Origin: Isurus oxyrinchus
Lineage: Eukaryota
Reading direction: 5' to 3'
NCBI GenBank assembly: GCA_026770705.1
Contig: JANJGN010000004.1
Location: 128,092,001-128,156,000, forward strand
Length of the DNA: 64,000 nucleotides
The notes beneath the pieces were generated by a model. The model did no database searches. It saw only the letters and a program-made list of their open reading frames with translations, and had not been told where the DNA came from. Positions 38,254 to 49,750 of the stretch are shown here, one piece after another (within the stretch, counting starts at the first letter, position 1; each line of letters begins with the position of its first letter). A program made the position numbers and the translations under genes.

Positions 38254-41051
38254 ACCACCTCAGCTGATGAATCAGTACCATTCAATGTTGAACGCCACTT
38301 GGAGGAAGCACTGAGGGCGGCAAGGACACAGAATGCAGTCTAGGTGGGAGACTTCAATGTCCAACATCAAGAGTGGCACCACTAAAGAGCGAGCCCTAAA
38401 TGACATAGCTGCTAGACTCAGTCTGCTGTAGGTGGTGAGGGAACCTACAAGATGGATAAACATACTTGACCTCATCCTCACCAACCTGCCTGCCACAGAT
38501 GCATCTGTCCATGACAGTATCGGTAGGAGTGACCACCACACAGTCGTTGTGGCGACAAAGTCCCACCTTCACATTAAAGATACCCTCCATTGTGTTGTTC
38601 GGCACTAGCACCATGCTAAATGGGATAGATTTCGAACAGGTCTAACAACTCAAGACTGGGCATCCATGAGATGTTGTTGGCCATCAGCAGCAGCAGACTT
38701 GTACTCAACCACAATCTGTAACCTCATGGCCAGGCATATCCCCAACTCTACCATTACCACTAAGCCAGGGAATTAACCCTGGTTCAATGAAGAGTGCAGG
38801 AGGGCATGCCAGGAGCAGCAGCAGATATACCTAAGAATGAGGTGTCAACGCAGTAAAGCTACAATACAGGACTATTTGTGTGCAAGTGATAGACAGAGCT
38901 TTGCAATTCAACAACTAATGGATTAGATCTAAGCTCTGCAGTCCTGCCACATCCAGTCGTGAATGGTGTGGACAGTTAAACAACTCACTGGAAGAGGATG
39001 CTTCACAAATATCCCCATTCTCAATGGAGGAGCCCAGCACATCAGTGCAAAAGATAAGGCTGAAACACTTGTAACAATCTTCAGCAAAAATAATCAATCT
39101 TGGCTTCCTCCAGAAGTCCCGAGCATCACACATGCCAGTCTTCAGCCAATTCAGTTCACTCCAGGTGATACCAAGAAATGGATGAAGGCATTGGTACTAC
39201 AAGAGCTATGGACCCTGACAATATTCCACCAATAGCACTGAAGACTTGTGCTTCAGAACTTGCCGTGCCCCTAGTCAAGTTGTTCCAGTACAGCTACAAC
39301 ATTGGCATCACCCCAGCAATGTGGGAAATTGCCCAGGCATGTCCTGTACGCAAAAAGCAGGACAAATCCAACCTGGCCAATTACTGCCCCTTCAGCCTAC
39401 CCTCGATCATTAGTAAAGTGATGGCAGGGATCATCAAGAGTGCTATCAAGCGGCACATGCTTAGCAATAACCTGCTCACTGACGCTCAGTTTGGGTTCCT
39501 CCAGGGCCACTTAGCCCTTGACCTCACTACAGCCTTGGTTCAAACATGGACAAAAGAGCTGAAACCCAGAGATGAGGTGAGAGTGACTGCCCTTGACATC
39601 AAGGCAGCATTTGACCGAGTGTGGCATCAAGGAGCCCTGCAAAACTGGAATCAATGGGAGTCAGGGGGAAAGTTCTCAGCTGGTTGGAGTAGTACCTAGC
39701 ACAAGGGTAGGTGGTTGTGGTTGTTGGAGGTCAATCACCTCAGTTCCAAGACATCACTGCAGGAGTTCCTCAAGGTAGTGCCCTAGGCCCAACCATCTTC
39801 AGCTGCTCCATCAATGACCTTCCTTCCATCATAAAATCAGAAGTGGGGGTGTTCGCTGATGATTACACACTGTTCAGCACCATTTGCGACTCCTCAGATA
39901 CTGAAGCAGTCCACATCCAAATGCAGCAAGACCTTGACAATATCCAGGCTTGGGCTGACAAATGGCAATCAACATTTGTACCACATAAGTGCCAGGCAAT
40001 GACCATCTCCAACAAGAGAGAATCTAACCATCACCGCTTAACATTCAATGGCTGGAGGAGGTAGTGGCATAATGGTATTGTCACTGGACTGGTATTCCAG
40101 AGACCCAGGGTAATGCTCTGGGGGCCTTGGTTCTAATCCTACATGGCAGAAGGTGGAATTGGAATTCAATAAAAAATCTGGAATTAAGTCTAATGTGTTG
40201 ATTGTCATAAAAACCCATCTGGTTCACTGATGCCCTTTAGGGAAGGAAATCTGCGGTCCTTACCTGGTATGGCCTACATGTGACTCCAGACCCACAGCAA
40301 TGTGGTTGACTCATAAATGCCCTCTGAACAATTTAGGGATGGGCAATAAATGCTGCTATAGTGAATGATGCCCACATCCCATGAATTAATTTTTAAAAAT
40401 TACCATCACTGAATCCCCACTATCAACATCCTGGGGGTGATTGGAACTGGACTAGCGATATAAATACTGTGGCTACAAGAGCAGGTCAGAGGCTAGAAAT
40501 CCTGTAGCTTACCTATAACTCTCTAAAGCCTGTCCACTATCTACAAGGCTCAAGTCAGGAGTGTGATGGAAACTCTCCACTTGCCTGGGTGAGTGCAGCT
40601 CCCACAGCACTCAAGAAGCTCAGCATCATCCAGGACAAAGCAGCCCATTTGATTGGCATTCCATCCACAACCACTCACTATCTCCACCACCGACACACAG
40701 TGGCAGCAGGATGTACCATCTACAAGATGCACTGCTGGAATTCAGCACAGCACCTTCCAAACCCATGATGTAGAAGGACAAGGGCAGCAGATACATGGGA
40801 ACATCACCACCTGAAAGTTCTCCCCCAAGCCATTCACCAACCTGACTTGGAACGACATCACCGTCCTGTCATTGTTGCTGGGCCAAAATCCTGGAACTCC
40901 GTCCCTAACAGCACTGTGGGAGCACATACACCACATGGACAACAGTGGTTCAAGAAGGCAGCTCACCACCACCTTCTCAGGGGTAATTGGAGATGGATAA
41001 TAAATGCTGGCCTAACCAGCAACTCCCATATCCTATGAACGAATAAAAAAA
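37501..41051 (+). mobile_element. Apparently full-length CR1-group LINE with a tRNA-derived 5' head, a single APE-RT ORF (disrupted) and no ORF1
   Basis: Head 37501-37770 matches the SINE at 3529. APE starts KVLLMNIWGLVPKL (~37894), then VGDFNV, ILDLILTN, SDHH. RT motifs QFGF, ALDIKAAFDRVWH, AGVPQGSALGP, FADD. Tail aataaatgctggcc...gaataaaaaaaa. Confidence 0.9.
40054..40398 (+). mobile_element. tRNA-derived SINE inserted into its own partner LINE
   Basis: A box TGGCATAATGG and B-box-like GGTTCTAATCC. The LINE reads through on either side (ttcaatggc / attaccatcactgaatcc). Confidence 0.9.
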
Positions 41052-41589
41052 ACGTCTAGTTTTGGTCTCCTTACCTAAGGAAGGATATACTTATATAGCG
41101 GTAGTGCAACAGATGTTCACCAGCCTAATCCCTGGGTTGGTGGGATTGTCTTATGAGGAGATTGAGGAAACTGGGCCTGTATTCTCTAGAGTTTCAAAAA
41201 ATGAGAGGTGATCTCATTGAAACTTACAAAATTCTTACAGGGCATGATAGGGTGGATGTGGATAGGATGTTTCTGGTGATGGCTGTTGAGTCTGGAACAA
41301 AAGTGCACAGTATCAGAATAAGGGGAAGGCATTTAGGAGAGAGGTGAGAAGGAATTTCTTCACTCAGAGGTTGGTGAATCTTTGGAATTCTCTACCCCAG
41401 AGGGCTGTGGAACCTCAACGATTGAGTATGTTCAAGACAGAAATAGATTTCTGGTTACTAATGACATCAAGGGATATGGGGATTGTGAGGAGAAACTGCA
41501 CTGAGGTAGATGATTAGCCATGATCTGTTTGAATGGTGGAGAAGGCTCAACTGGTCGAATGGCCTACTCCTGTTCCTGTGCTCCTATTA

Positions 41590-42480
41590 TCCTATATCTG
41601 CCTTTCGTGCATTTGGGTAACAAAGATCTATCAATTTAAAATTAACATAGATCTAGCATCAATTTCCATTTGTAAGAGACCTCCAAAAGTTTACCTCCCT
41701 TTGTACGTAGAAGTGTTACCTAATTTTGTCCCTGAAAATGTTCGACTCCAATTTCAGGCTCTAATTTTTAGACTATGCCCCGACTCCTGGGCACCCCAAG
41801 CAGTGAAAACGGTTTCTCTATCTCTCCGATCTGTTCCCTTAATATGTTGGAAACTTTGATTAAATCATTCCTTAACATTCTAAATTCCAGGGTATACAAT
41901 CCTAATTTGTGTAATTTTTTCTTGTAATTTAACTCTTGGAGTCTAGGTATTATTTTGGTACATGTATGCTGCACTCCCTCCCAGGCTAATATAAGCTTCC
42001 AGGATGCAGTGGTCAGAACTGCTTGCAGCACTCCAAGTGTAGTCTAGCTTTGTATGGTTGAACATGACTTCTAATCACTTGTAATCTAGTCCTCTAGATC
42101 TAAAGGCCAACATTCCATTTGCCTTATTGATTATTTTCTGTAACTGTTCATAACATTTCAATGATCCATGTACCTGGACTGCCAAGGCTCTTTATACCTC
42201 CACAGTTTCTAGCTTTTTGCCATTTAAAAAGTACCCTGTTCTATTCTTTTAGCTGCAAAGTGGATGACCTCACATTTGCCAATATTGAAATTCATTTGCC
42301 ATAATTTTGCCTATTCACTTAACCTATTAATGATGCTTTGTGATTTTACAGTTCCATCTACACTGCTTACAATGCTGCCATTGTGTCATTGGCAAATTTG
42401 GACATGTGGCAAATTTGGCCTTCTATTCCATCATCTAACTTTTAATGAATATGGTTAATCATTGAGACTCCAACTCAGAT
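41590..42480 (-). mobile_element. CR1 3' fragment
   Basis: IIPRLQELNYKKKLHKLGLYTLEFRMLRNDLIKV. Further pieces continue at 43500-44285. Confidence 0.8.
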
Positions 42481-43478
42481 AAATGCAGTGAGCCCACATC
42501 CAGCATCCCTGACCTGGCTAGATCCATTGAGAGAGTAGGCATCTTGTAGCACTGCCTGTAATTTTCATGGAAGCAGACAGCTTCTCAAGGACTTGTGGTT
42601 CACGGCCCCTCAGGAGTTGTGAACAATACTTTGGGTGCTGGAACCTTTTGAAAGATAACTTCAAAAGATCGTACCCATGTCCCACATGGCAAGTCATGGC
42701 CACCCCCCACCCAACAGCAATGGCCCCTCATTATGCATGCTTGGTTTAGAGCCCAGACTTCCATGGAGACTTTACTTTGGTGAAACAGGTGTACCCAGAA
42801 GGGAAAACATTGTTTGATTGATAGCTTTACAAGCATTCGTTCTGTGATCTACTTTTTCATTGGCTTGATGCTTATTTACACAAGATAAAGAAGGTCTCAA
42901 GTGCTTATAGTTTCTGTTATTGATACTTTAAAGGTCTGACAGATTGACACTTTTATAGGTTTGTTGAAGCTGCAGTCTTTTAAAAAAATGATGAATGGCT
43001 TTTGTTTTAAGTATTTCCACACATTCCATTGTTTCTATAGGATTCATTGGTTCTGTGCAGAGTGTATACTGGGTCATTAGGCATGGAAGTGCTGTGAGTT
43101 GACATGGAGAGTTTAAGGGGCCATTGGGGATGGGTGGGAGCATGGGTTAGTTTGAGTTGGCATGGATGGCACATGAGGAGTGGGTGGGGGGTATGAAGGA
43201 TGAGGACTAGAGGGCCTAATATTTAACAAAACTGCTGAGGCAGGCATTTTAAACAACCACCTTGCCACTTGGCAGCCCTGTGGCCGCCTCTGATCTGCAT
43301 CCCAGGCAGTGGGCCCAACTCTATCCACACCAGCAGCACCTGCACCCCCACCCCCCCATCCCCCACTGTCAGAGTGAAAATCGTACCATTCAGGGCACTT
43401 GCCCCGCCCCTCCCCCAAACCAAGGCAGATGTGCTGAGCCAGGAAATCTGCTGCCTGCCCTGGGAGAGAAAATCCGGC
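42480..43478. mobile_element. Harbinger-type non-autonomous element
   Basis: Ends in gagaaaatccggcc, the TIR type seen in other MITEs here. Left end not resolved. Confidence 0.4.
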
Positions 43479-43499
43479 CTCATGTCTCCTGCTGCTCAG

Positions 43500-44285
43500 C
43501 CAATTTTCTTACCAGGTCAATAATTTGCCTTCAATTCCATGAGTTCAACTTTAGTTAAGAATGCCTTATGAAGAACTTTATCAAAAGCCTTCTAAAAGTC
43601 TATATAAACAAATCCATAGACATTTATCCACAATTTAGTCATCACTTCAATTAGAAAAAAATCAATTAGATTCATCAGGTCCGACTTAGCCTTTACGAAT
43701 CCATACTCACTGTCTCTGATCAGCTGAATATTTTCAAGGTATTCAGTCATCCTATCTCTAATTATAATATCCAGTAATTTCCTGACAATAGTCATTACGC
43801 TAACTGTCTCTCAGCTCTTTCATTGTTCATAGTTGTTTTTTTTTTGGCAAGTAGAGCTCTTGTCCTTTAGGGTATAAACTGCTTCTGTATCATGTTAAAC
43901 TCAATTTGAACACCACCACCCGACCTTCTGTCACTTTACCCATTAATAGACTTGCCCATTTTATCTTGGACAGTCTCAGTCTTATCCCCTCAGAAACAGC
44001 TTTACCTAAATCTAGAAACTTAGTAGTTGTTTTGCTTCCTTTCAAACCATTACATTGAGCTCAATTATATTATGATGGCTATTAATAAACGTTCATGGGC
44101 CATTGGTCTGATAATTAATTATGGCTCATTACTCATTACTCATTATTAAATCTACTATGTCATGCTGCTTGTTGGTTCTGGGATATATTGCTGCAGACAG
44201 CTATCCAAGGCAAACTCAAGAAATTCACTACCTTTCTGCCACAAGACCTTTCTGCCACAAGCTAGTCTGCTTATCCTAATCTATA
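43500..44285 (-). mobile_element. CR1 ORF2 remnant
   Basis: IVRKLLDIIIRDRMTEYLENIQLIRDSEYGFVKAKSDLMNLIDFF...VYIDF. Confidence 0.8.
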
Positions 44286-44286
44286 T

Positions 44287-44980
44287 TGTTACACACAGGG
44301 TAGAGATGGTGGGATGGTTCCTCTTTTTTTCAACCTCCCGACTAACAGAAGACAGATGTGTTTTAAAAGAGGAAAAGAGAAAACTCTCAAAAACAACAGA
44401 TTTTTCATAGGTTTTTGAAAAGAAGAATAAATGTTTATACTCAACACCCAAAATGTATTTGCAACAGCACCCACTCACACTTGCATACAGACCTCACACT
44501 CACACAAGAAAAGGTGATTACAAAAGATGCAGCATGCACTTAGATCTTAAGAGTCCAAAAATTCATTTTAACACTTGCTTCTGTTAAGATGGAGTCTTGA
44601 AATGTTGCAGGCCTATATTTCTTTTTTGGTCCATTGAAGAAATAGAGAGTGGCAGTATATGAAGACAGATTTGCAGTGGCTTACTGCTTGCAGTAGCAGG
44701 TTTCTGTGGCTTTGCTCCAGTTGAGGTGCAGCTGAACCTCTGCAGCGAAAACCTGCTTTTGTTCCTCAAATAGGAAGGTAAAGGACAGCCCAAATTCTCT
44801 ACCTTTTGATGGATTTCAGGCAGGTTCTGTTCCTTCACTGGTCTGGATCTGTTCATACTGCCACTGTTCCCAAAAACGTGTCTTATTAAAAGTTTCTTAT
44901 CAGACCTGGTTTCATGTGACCATAGTACCTATTTTTCATTGTCCTCATAAGTGGTCTCTGATAGTTTCATCATTTGATAC
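44287..44980 (-). mobile_element. Solo LTR-like element
   Basis: Starts tgttaca at the CR1 breakpoint, non-coding, with a tcatgtgac motif near the other end. Confidence 0.4.
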
Positions 44981-44983
44981 CTA

Positions 44984-45553
44984 GGCCTGAATCTTCTGGT
45001 CGGCAGGTGGGGCCATGTGTAAAATGACGCGCGGTGATGTCAGGCTTGCGTCCCAATGCCACTGCACGTCATTCTAATCTTCAGTTCGACAGGTGCCCGC
45101 CAAACTGTCAAAGGCCTATTAAGGCCAATAATCACCTCATTACATTGGTCGTCTGGACTGTCCATTCAACCTTAAGGTTGGCGGTCAGGCGAAGAGACCA
45201 GGCAGCCTTCACATTTCTCATGAAACCTCATCCACGGGTGGGATGAGGTTTCATGAAGGGTTTATAAATTAAATAAAATTTTTAATTAAAATAAATAAAC
45301 ATATCCCAGCCCATGTGACACAGTCACATGAGGGGACATGTCTGAATAATTTTTTTCTCTCTTTTTTACAAGGTTTGTTTCTTAAATTAATCTCCATGAG
45401 GCAGTTCCGTGCCTCAGGGAGATTTCTGCAATCTTTTGCGCGCATGCCCTGACTCTCCCTTCTCCCCCTGCCAGCACAGGTAGCACTGAGCGCTTCTGAG
45501 TGTGCAACACACTGGGTGGGCCTTAATAGGCCTGCCCACACAAAATTCTCCCC
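44984..45553. mobile_element. Harbinger-type MITE (~570 bp) with long imperfect inverted arms
   Basis: Ends ggcctgaatctt / aaaattctcccc. Internal inverted motifs ggcctattaaggcc / ggccttaataggcc and hairpin tcatgaaacctcatcc...ggatgaggtttcatga. Confidence 0.7.
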
Positions 45554-48500
45554 ATAGGAACATAGTTGTGCTGGCTCCACCATTCAGTCAGATCACGGCT
45601 GACCATCTACCTCAATGCAATTTTCCTGCACTATCCCCATATCCCATGCTATCATTAGTATCCAGGAATCTATTGATTTCTGTCTTGAACACGCTCGATG
45701 GTTGAGCTTCCACAGCCCTCTGAGATAGAGAGTATTAAATATTTACCACCATCTCAGTCCTAAATGCCAGCCCCTTATTCTGATTCTGTGCCCTCTGGCT
45801 CTAGACTCACCAGCCAGGGGAAACATCCTACCTACTTCCAACTTGTCACACCCTGTAAGACTTTTGTAAGTTTAAAGTAAATCACCTCTCATCCTTTGAA
45901 ACACTAGAGAATACAGGCCCAGTTTCCTCAATCTTTCCTCATAATCTTTCGTCAGGGATTAGGCTGGTGAACATCCATTACACTCCCTCTATGCAAGTAT
46001 AACCTTACTTAGATAAGGAGACCAAAACAGTATACAACACTGCAGGTGCAGTCTCACAAAGGCACTATACAATAGCAGCAAGACATCTTCATTCCTAAAC
46101 TCAAATTCCCTTGCGATGAAAGCTAAATAACAATTTTCCTTCCTAGCTAGCTTTTAGTTGTTCATGAACAAGGACACCAGGGTCCCTTTGGACATCAACA
46201 CTTCCAACCTCTCACCATTTAAGATATACTCTGCCTTTCTTTTTTTCTACCAAAGTGTATAACTGCATACTAATTCACACTATATTCCATCTGCCATGTT
46301 CTAGCCCACTCACTTAGCCAGTCCAAATCCCCTTGAAGCCTCCTTGCATCAGCCTCACAACTTGCATTCCCACCTAGCTTTGTTTCATTAGTGAATTTGG
46401 AAATATTACATTTGGTCCCAACATCAAAATAATTTATATAGATTGTGGACAGCTGTGGCCCCAGCTCTGACCCTTATGGTACCCCATTAGTAACAGCCTT
46501 CTTTCCTGAGAATGACCTGTTTATTCTTACTCTGTTTCCTCTCTGTTAACCAATTCTCAATCCATACCACTGCATTACGCCCAATCCTATGTGCTCTAAT
46601 TTTGTTTACTAATCTCCTGTGTGGGACCTTATGAAAATCCAAACACATCACATTCTCTGGTTCTCCTTTATCTGTGCTACAAATAACTTCCTCAAAAAGC
46701 ATCAACAGATTTGACAAACATGATTTCCTTTCCATAAATCCATGTTGACTTTGCCCAAGCATTTCATCATTTTCCAAGTGTCTGGTTACCACATTCTCTA
46801 TTAGTTTCTAACATTTTCCCTACTATTAATGTCAAACTAACAAACCTGTTGTTCTCCATTTTCTCTCTCCCTTCCATCTTAAATAGAGGGGTTTACATTT
46901 GCTACCTTATAGTCTACAGGAAGCTTTCCAGAATCTATTGAATTTTGAAAGATAACCACCAATGCATCCATTATCTCTATAGCCACTTACTTCAAGGCTT
47001 GAATCCAATTAATTTTTTGAGTACTAAATAAAAATTAAAATACCAATTTCTTTCAGTTCCCCATTTTCACATTCACTTGGCTCCCTAGTATTTCTGAGAA
47101 ATTTTCTGTATCTTCCTCCATGAAGACATACAAAATAATTGTTTAGTTTCTCTGCCATTTCCATATTCTCCACTATACATTCTCCTGTCTCTAGCTGCAA
47201 TGAACCCACCTTTGTTGCTGCTAACCTTTCCCTTTTCACATACCTAAAGATGCTTTTACAGTCTACCTTTATGTTTCTTTGCATCAGCGTGCATTCGTAT
47301 TCTCTTTTTGGTTCTCCTTTGCTAAATTTCTCCCAATCCTCGGGCTTACTACTTTCTCTGGCAACCTTATACGCCACTTCCTTTGATCTAATGCAATCTT
47401 TAGCTTCTTTTATTAGCCATGATTGATTCACTTTTCCTTTTGAGTTTTTGTGTCTCAGGGGAATGCATATTTGTTATAGAGTATCTAATACTTTTAAAAA
47501 TAGTAGCCATTGTCTGTCTGCTGTCAAACTTTTTATTATATTTTCCTATAGCCAACTTGCCCCTCATACCTTCATAGTTTCCTTTGTTCAGATTCAGAAT
47601 GAACTATATCACTTCCTAACTTAATGTAAAATTCTATCGTATTATGATCACTATTTCCAAAAGGCTCCTTTACAGCAAAGTTACTAATTATCCCTTTCTC
47701 ATTACATAATACTAAATCTAAAGCAGCCCAATCCCTAGCTGGTTCTTCAATATACTGCTGCAGAAACACATCCTGTAAAAACACCAGGAATTAATCCTCC
47801 ACAGCATTAGTGCAAATTCGATTTACCCAATCTATATGAAATCTAAGTCACATTATTACTGTATTATCCCCATATTACATGCAGCTCTAATTTCCTGATT
47901 TATCCTGTGCCTAACATCACCACTACAATTTGGTGGCCTATAAACAACTCCCACCAATGTTTGCTGCCCCTGCCATTTCTTAACTCCACCCAAACAGATT
48001 CTACATCTTGATCCTTCAATCTAAGATCCTCTCTCACTAATGTACTGACCTCGTCCCTTATTAACAGTGTTACCCCACATCCTTTTTTTTGCCTATCTTT
48101 TCTAAATGATAAATAGCCTTGAATATTCAATTCCCAGTCTCAATCATCCTGTAACCACATCTTCATAATGACAATTAAATCATATCCATTTATCTCTATT
48201 TGTGCCTTCAAATCATCTATCTTGTTGCAAATGCTGCATGCATTGACATAGAGCGGCCTTAACTTTGTCTTTTTAGTATTATTCCACATTATGATCCTAT
48301 TTGATGCTTATCTTTGTTTCATCTGTCTTCTAATTTCATTTACTTCCTGATAGCATTCTACTTCCTGATAGCAGTTTTAATCTCTGCCAGTCTGAGCTCT
48401 GTCTTAGGTTCCCATCCTCCTGCCAATCTAATTTAAACTCTCCCCAATAGCACTAGCAGTCCCAACTCCACGAAGATGCAATCTGTACATCGCACCTTTC

Positions 48501-49750
48501 CCAGAACTGGCCCCAATGCCTCAGAAACCTGGTGCTTTCCCTCCTACACCAATTCGCTAGCCATATGTTCAATCAATCAGTCGATCTTCCTATTCCTATG
48601 CTCACTGGTATGTGGCATTGGGAGTAATCCTGAGATTACTGCTTTTGAGGTCCTGCTTTTTAATTTCCTTCCCAACTCCCTAAAAATCTGCTTTCAGGAC
48701 CTCATCCCCCTTCCTATCTATTTCATTAGTACCAATGTGTACCACGACCTCTGACTGTTCACCCTCCTCTAGAAGAACACCCTGCAGCTGCTCTGAAACA
48801 TCCTTGACCCTGGCACCAAGGAGGCAGCATACCATTCTGGGGTCATGTCCGTGGCTGCAGAAATGCCTGTCTATTCCCTAAACTAATGAATCTCCTATCA
48901 TCATTGCTATTCCATTCTTCTTTCTCCCCGCCTGGTCTGCTGAGCCACCTGTGATGCCACAGATTTGGCTCTTGCTGCACTCCCCTAATGAGCCATCACT
49001 CTCACCAGTATCCAAAATGGAAAGTTGTTTAGCTAGCAAGATCGACTCAGGGGACTCCTGCACTACCTGCAGTCTTAGACTGCCTAGTGGTCACCTGTTT
49101 CATCTCAGCCTACAAGCTCCTAACCTGCAGTGAGATCACCTCCCTAAGTGTGCCATCTACATGGTTCTCTGTCTCATGGATGGACCACAATGATTTCAGC
49201 TGCCACTCAAGTTCTGAAACCCAGAGTTCAAGCTTCTGCAGTCAGTGACACTTCCTGCAGATGTGTTTGTTGAGGACATATGGCGCATTCATGACTTCCC
49301 ACATGCTACAGGATGCACATTCCACTAGACCAAGCTGCCCTGCCATACCTTAACTTTACAAACTATTTATGACAAGGAGAATAACCAGTTACTGACCAAT
49401 CAGCTTCTTCTCCTGTACCAATGTAAGAGCCAAATACTGGAGGCCAAAAAAGGAATGAGTATCACCGTCACCTCTTCACCAAACTCCCACACTCACAAAA
49501 CTCCCAGCTTCTAGCTCTGTGAAGTTGCACTCCATACAAGTTACACTGAAGCCCCTGTATTTATATTAGCTGAGACTCAGGTGAGTCAGCTCTGCTATAG
49601 CTGCAGAAACCAAATTAAGCTAGCTACCTATTTAACTAAATACAGCTGCTCTCTACTAGATTTTTTGAAAGAAATTAGCCCTTAAGATTCCCTCACTCAT
49701 CAAACTCCCAGCTGCTCATTCTTGTGAAGTCACACTCAGACACACGTTTC
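45554..49750 (-). mobile_element. Near full-length CR1 LINE (degenerate): 5' UTR, esterase ORF1 (~48400-49345), APE-RT ORF2
   Basis: MIGDSLV and CCLLGARV; NIQGYLSFRKDR...ESVWVELRN; NSDHNTIEF; QHGFMERKSCLSNL; tail at 45554. Confidence 0.92.

Larger units (their letters stand above)
36995..41588 (+). mobile_element. CR1 3' part (36995-37500 plus 41052-41588), split by the tRNA-headed LINE; itself inside a minus-strand CR1 (36904-36990, 41590-42480)
   Basis: IQRDLDRLREWARAWQMEYNVNKC...LYRALVR on the left continues as gttttggtctccttacctaaggaagg...LGLYSLEF on the right. Confidence 0.85.

Noticed and set aside
44231-44262. Short tandem duplications (also 6652-6676 and 48341-48373)
   Set aside because: Ordinary slippage duplications inside decayed repeats.
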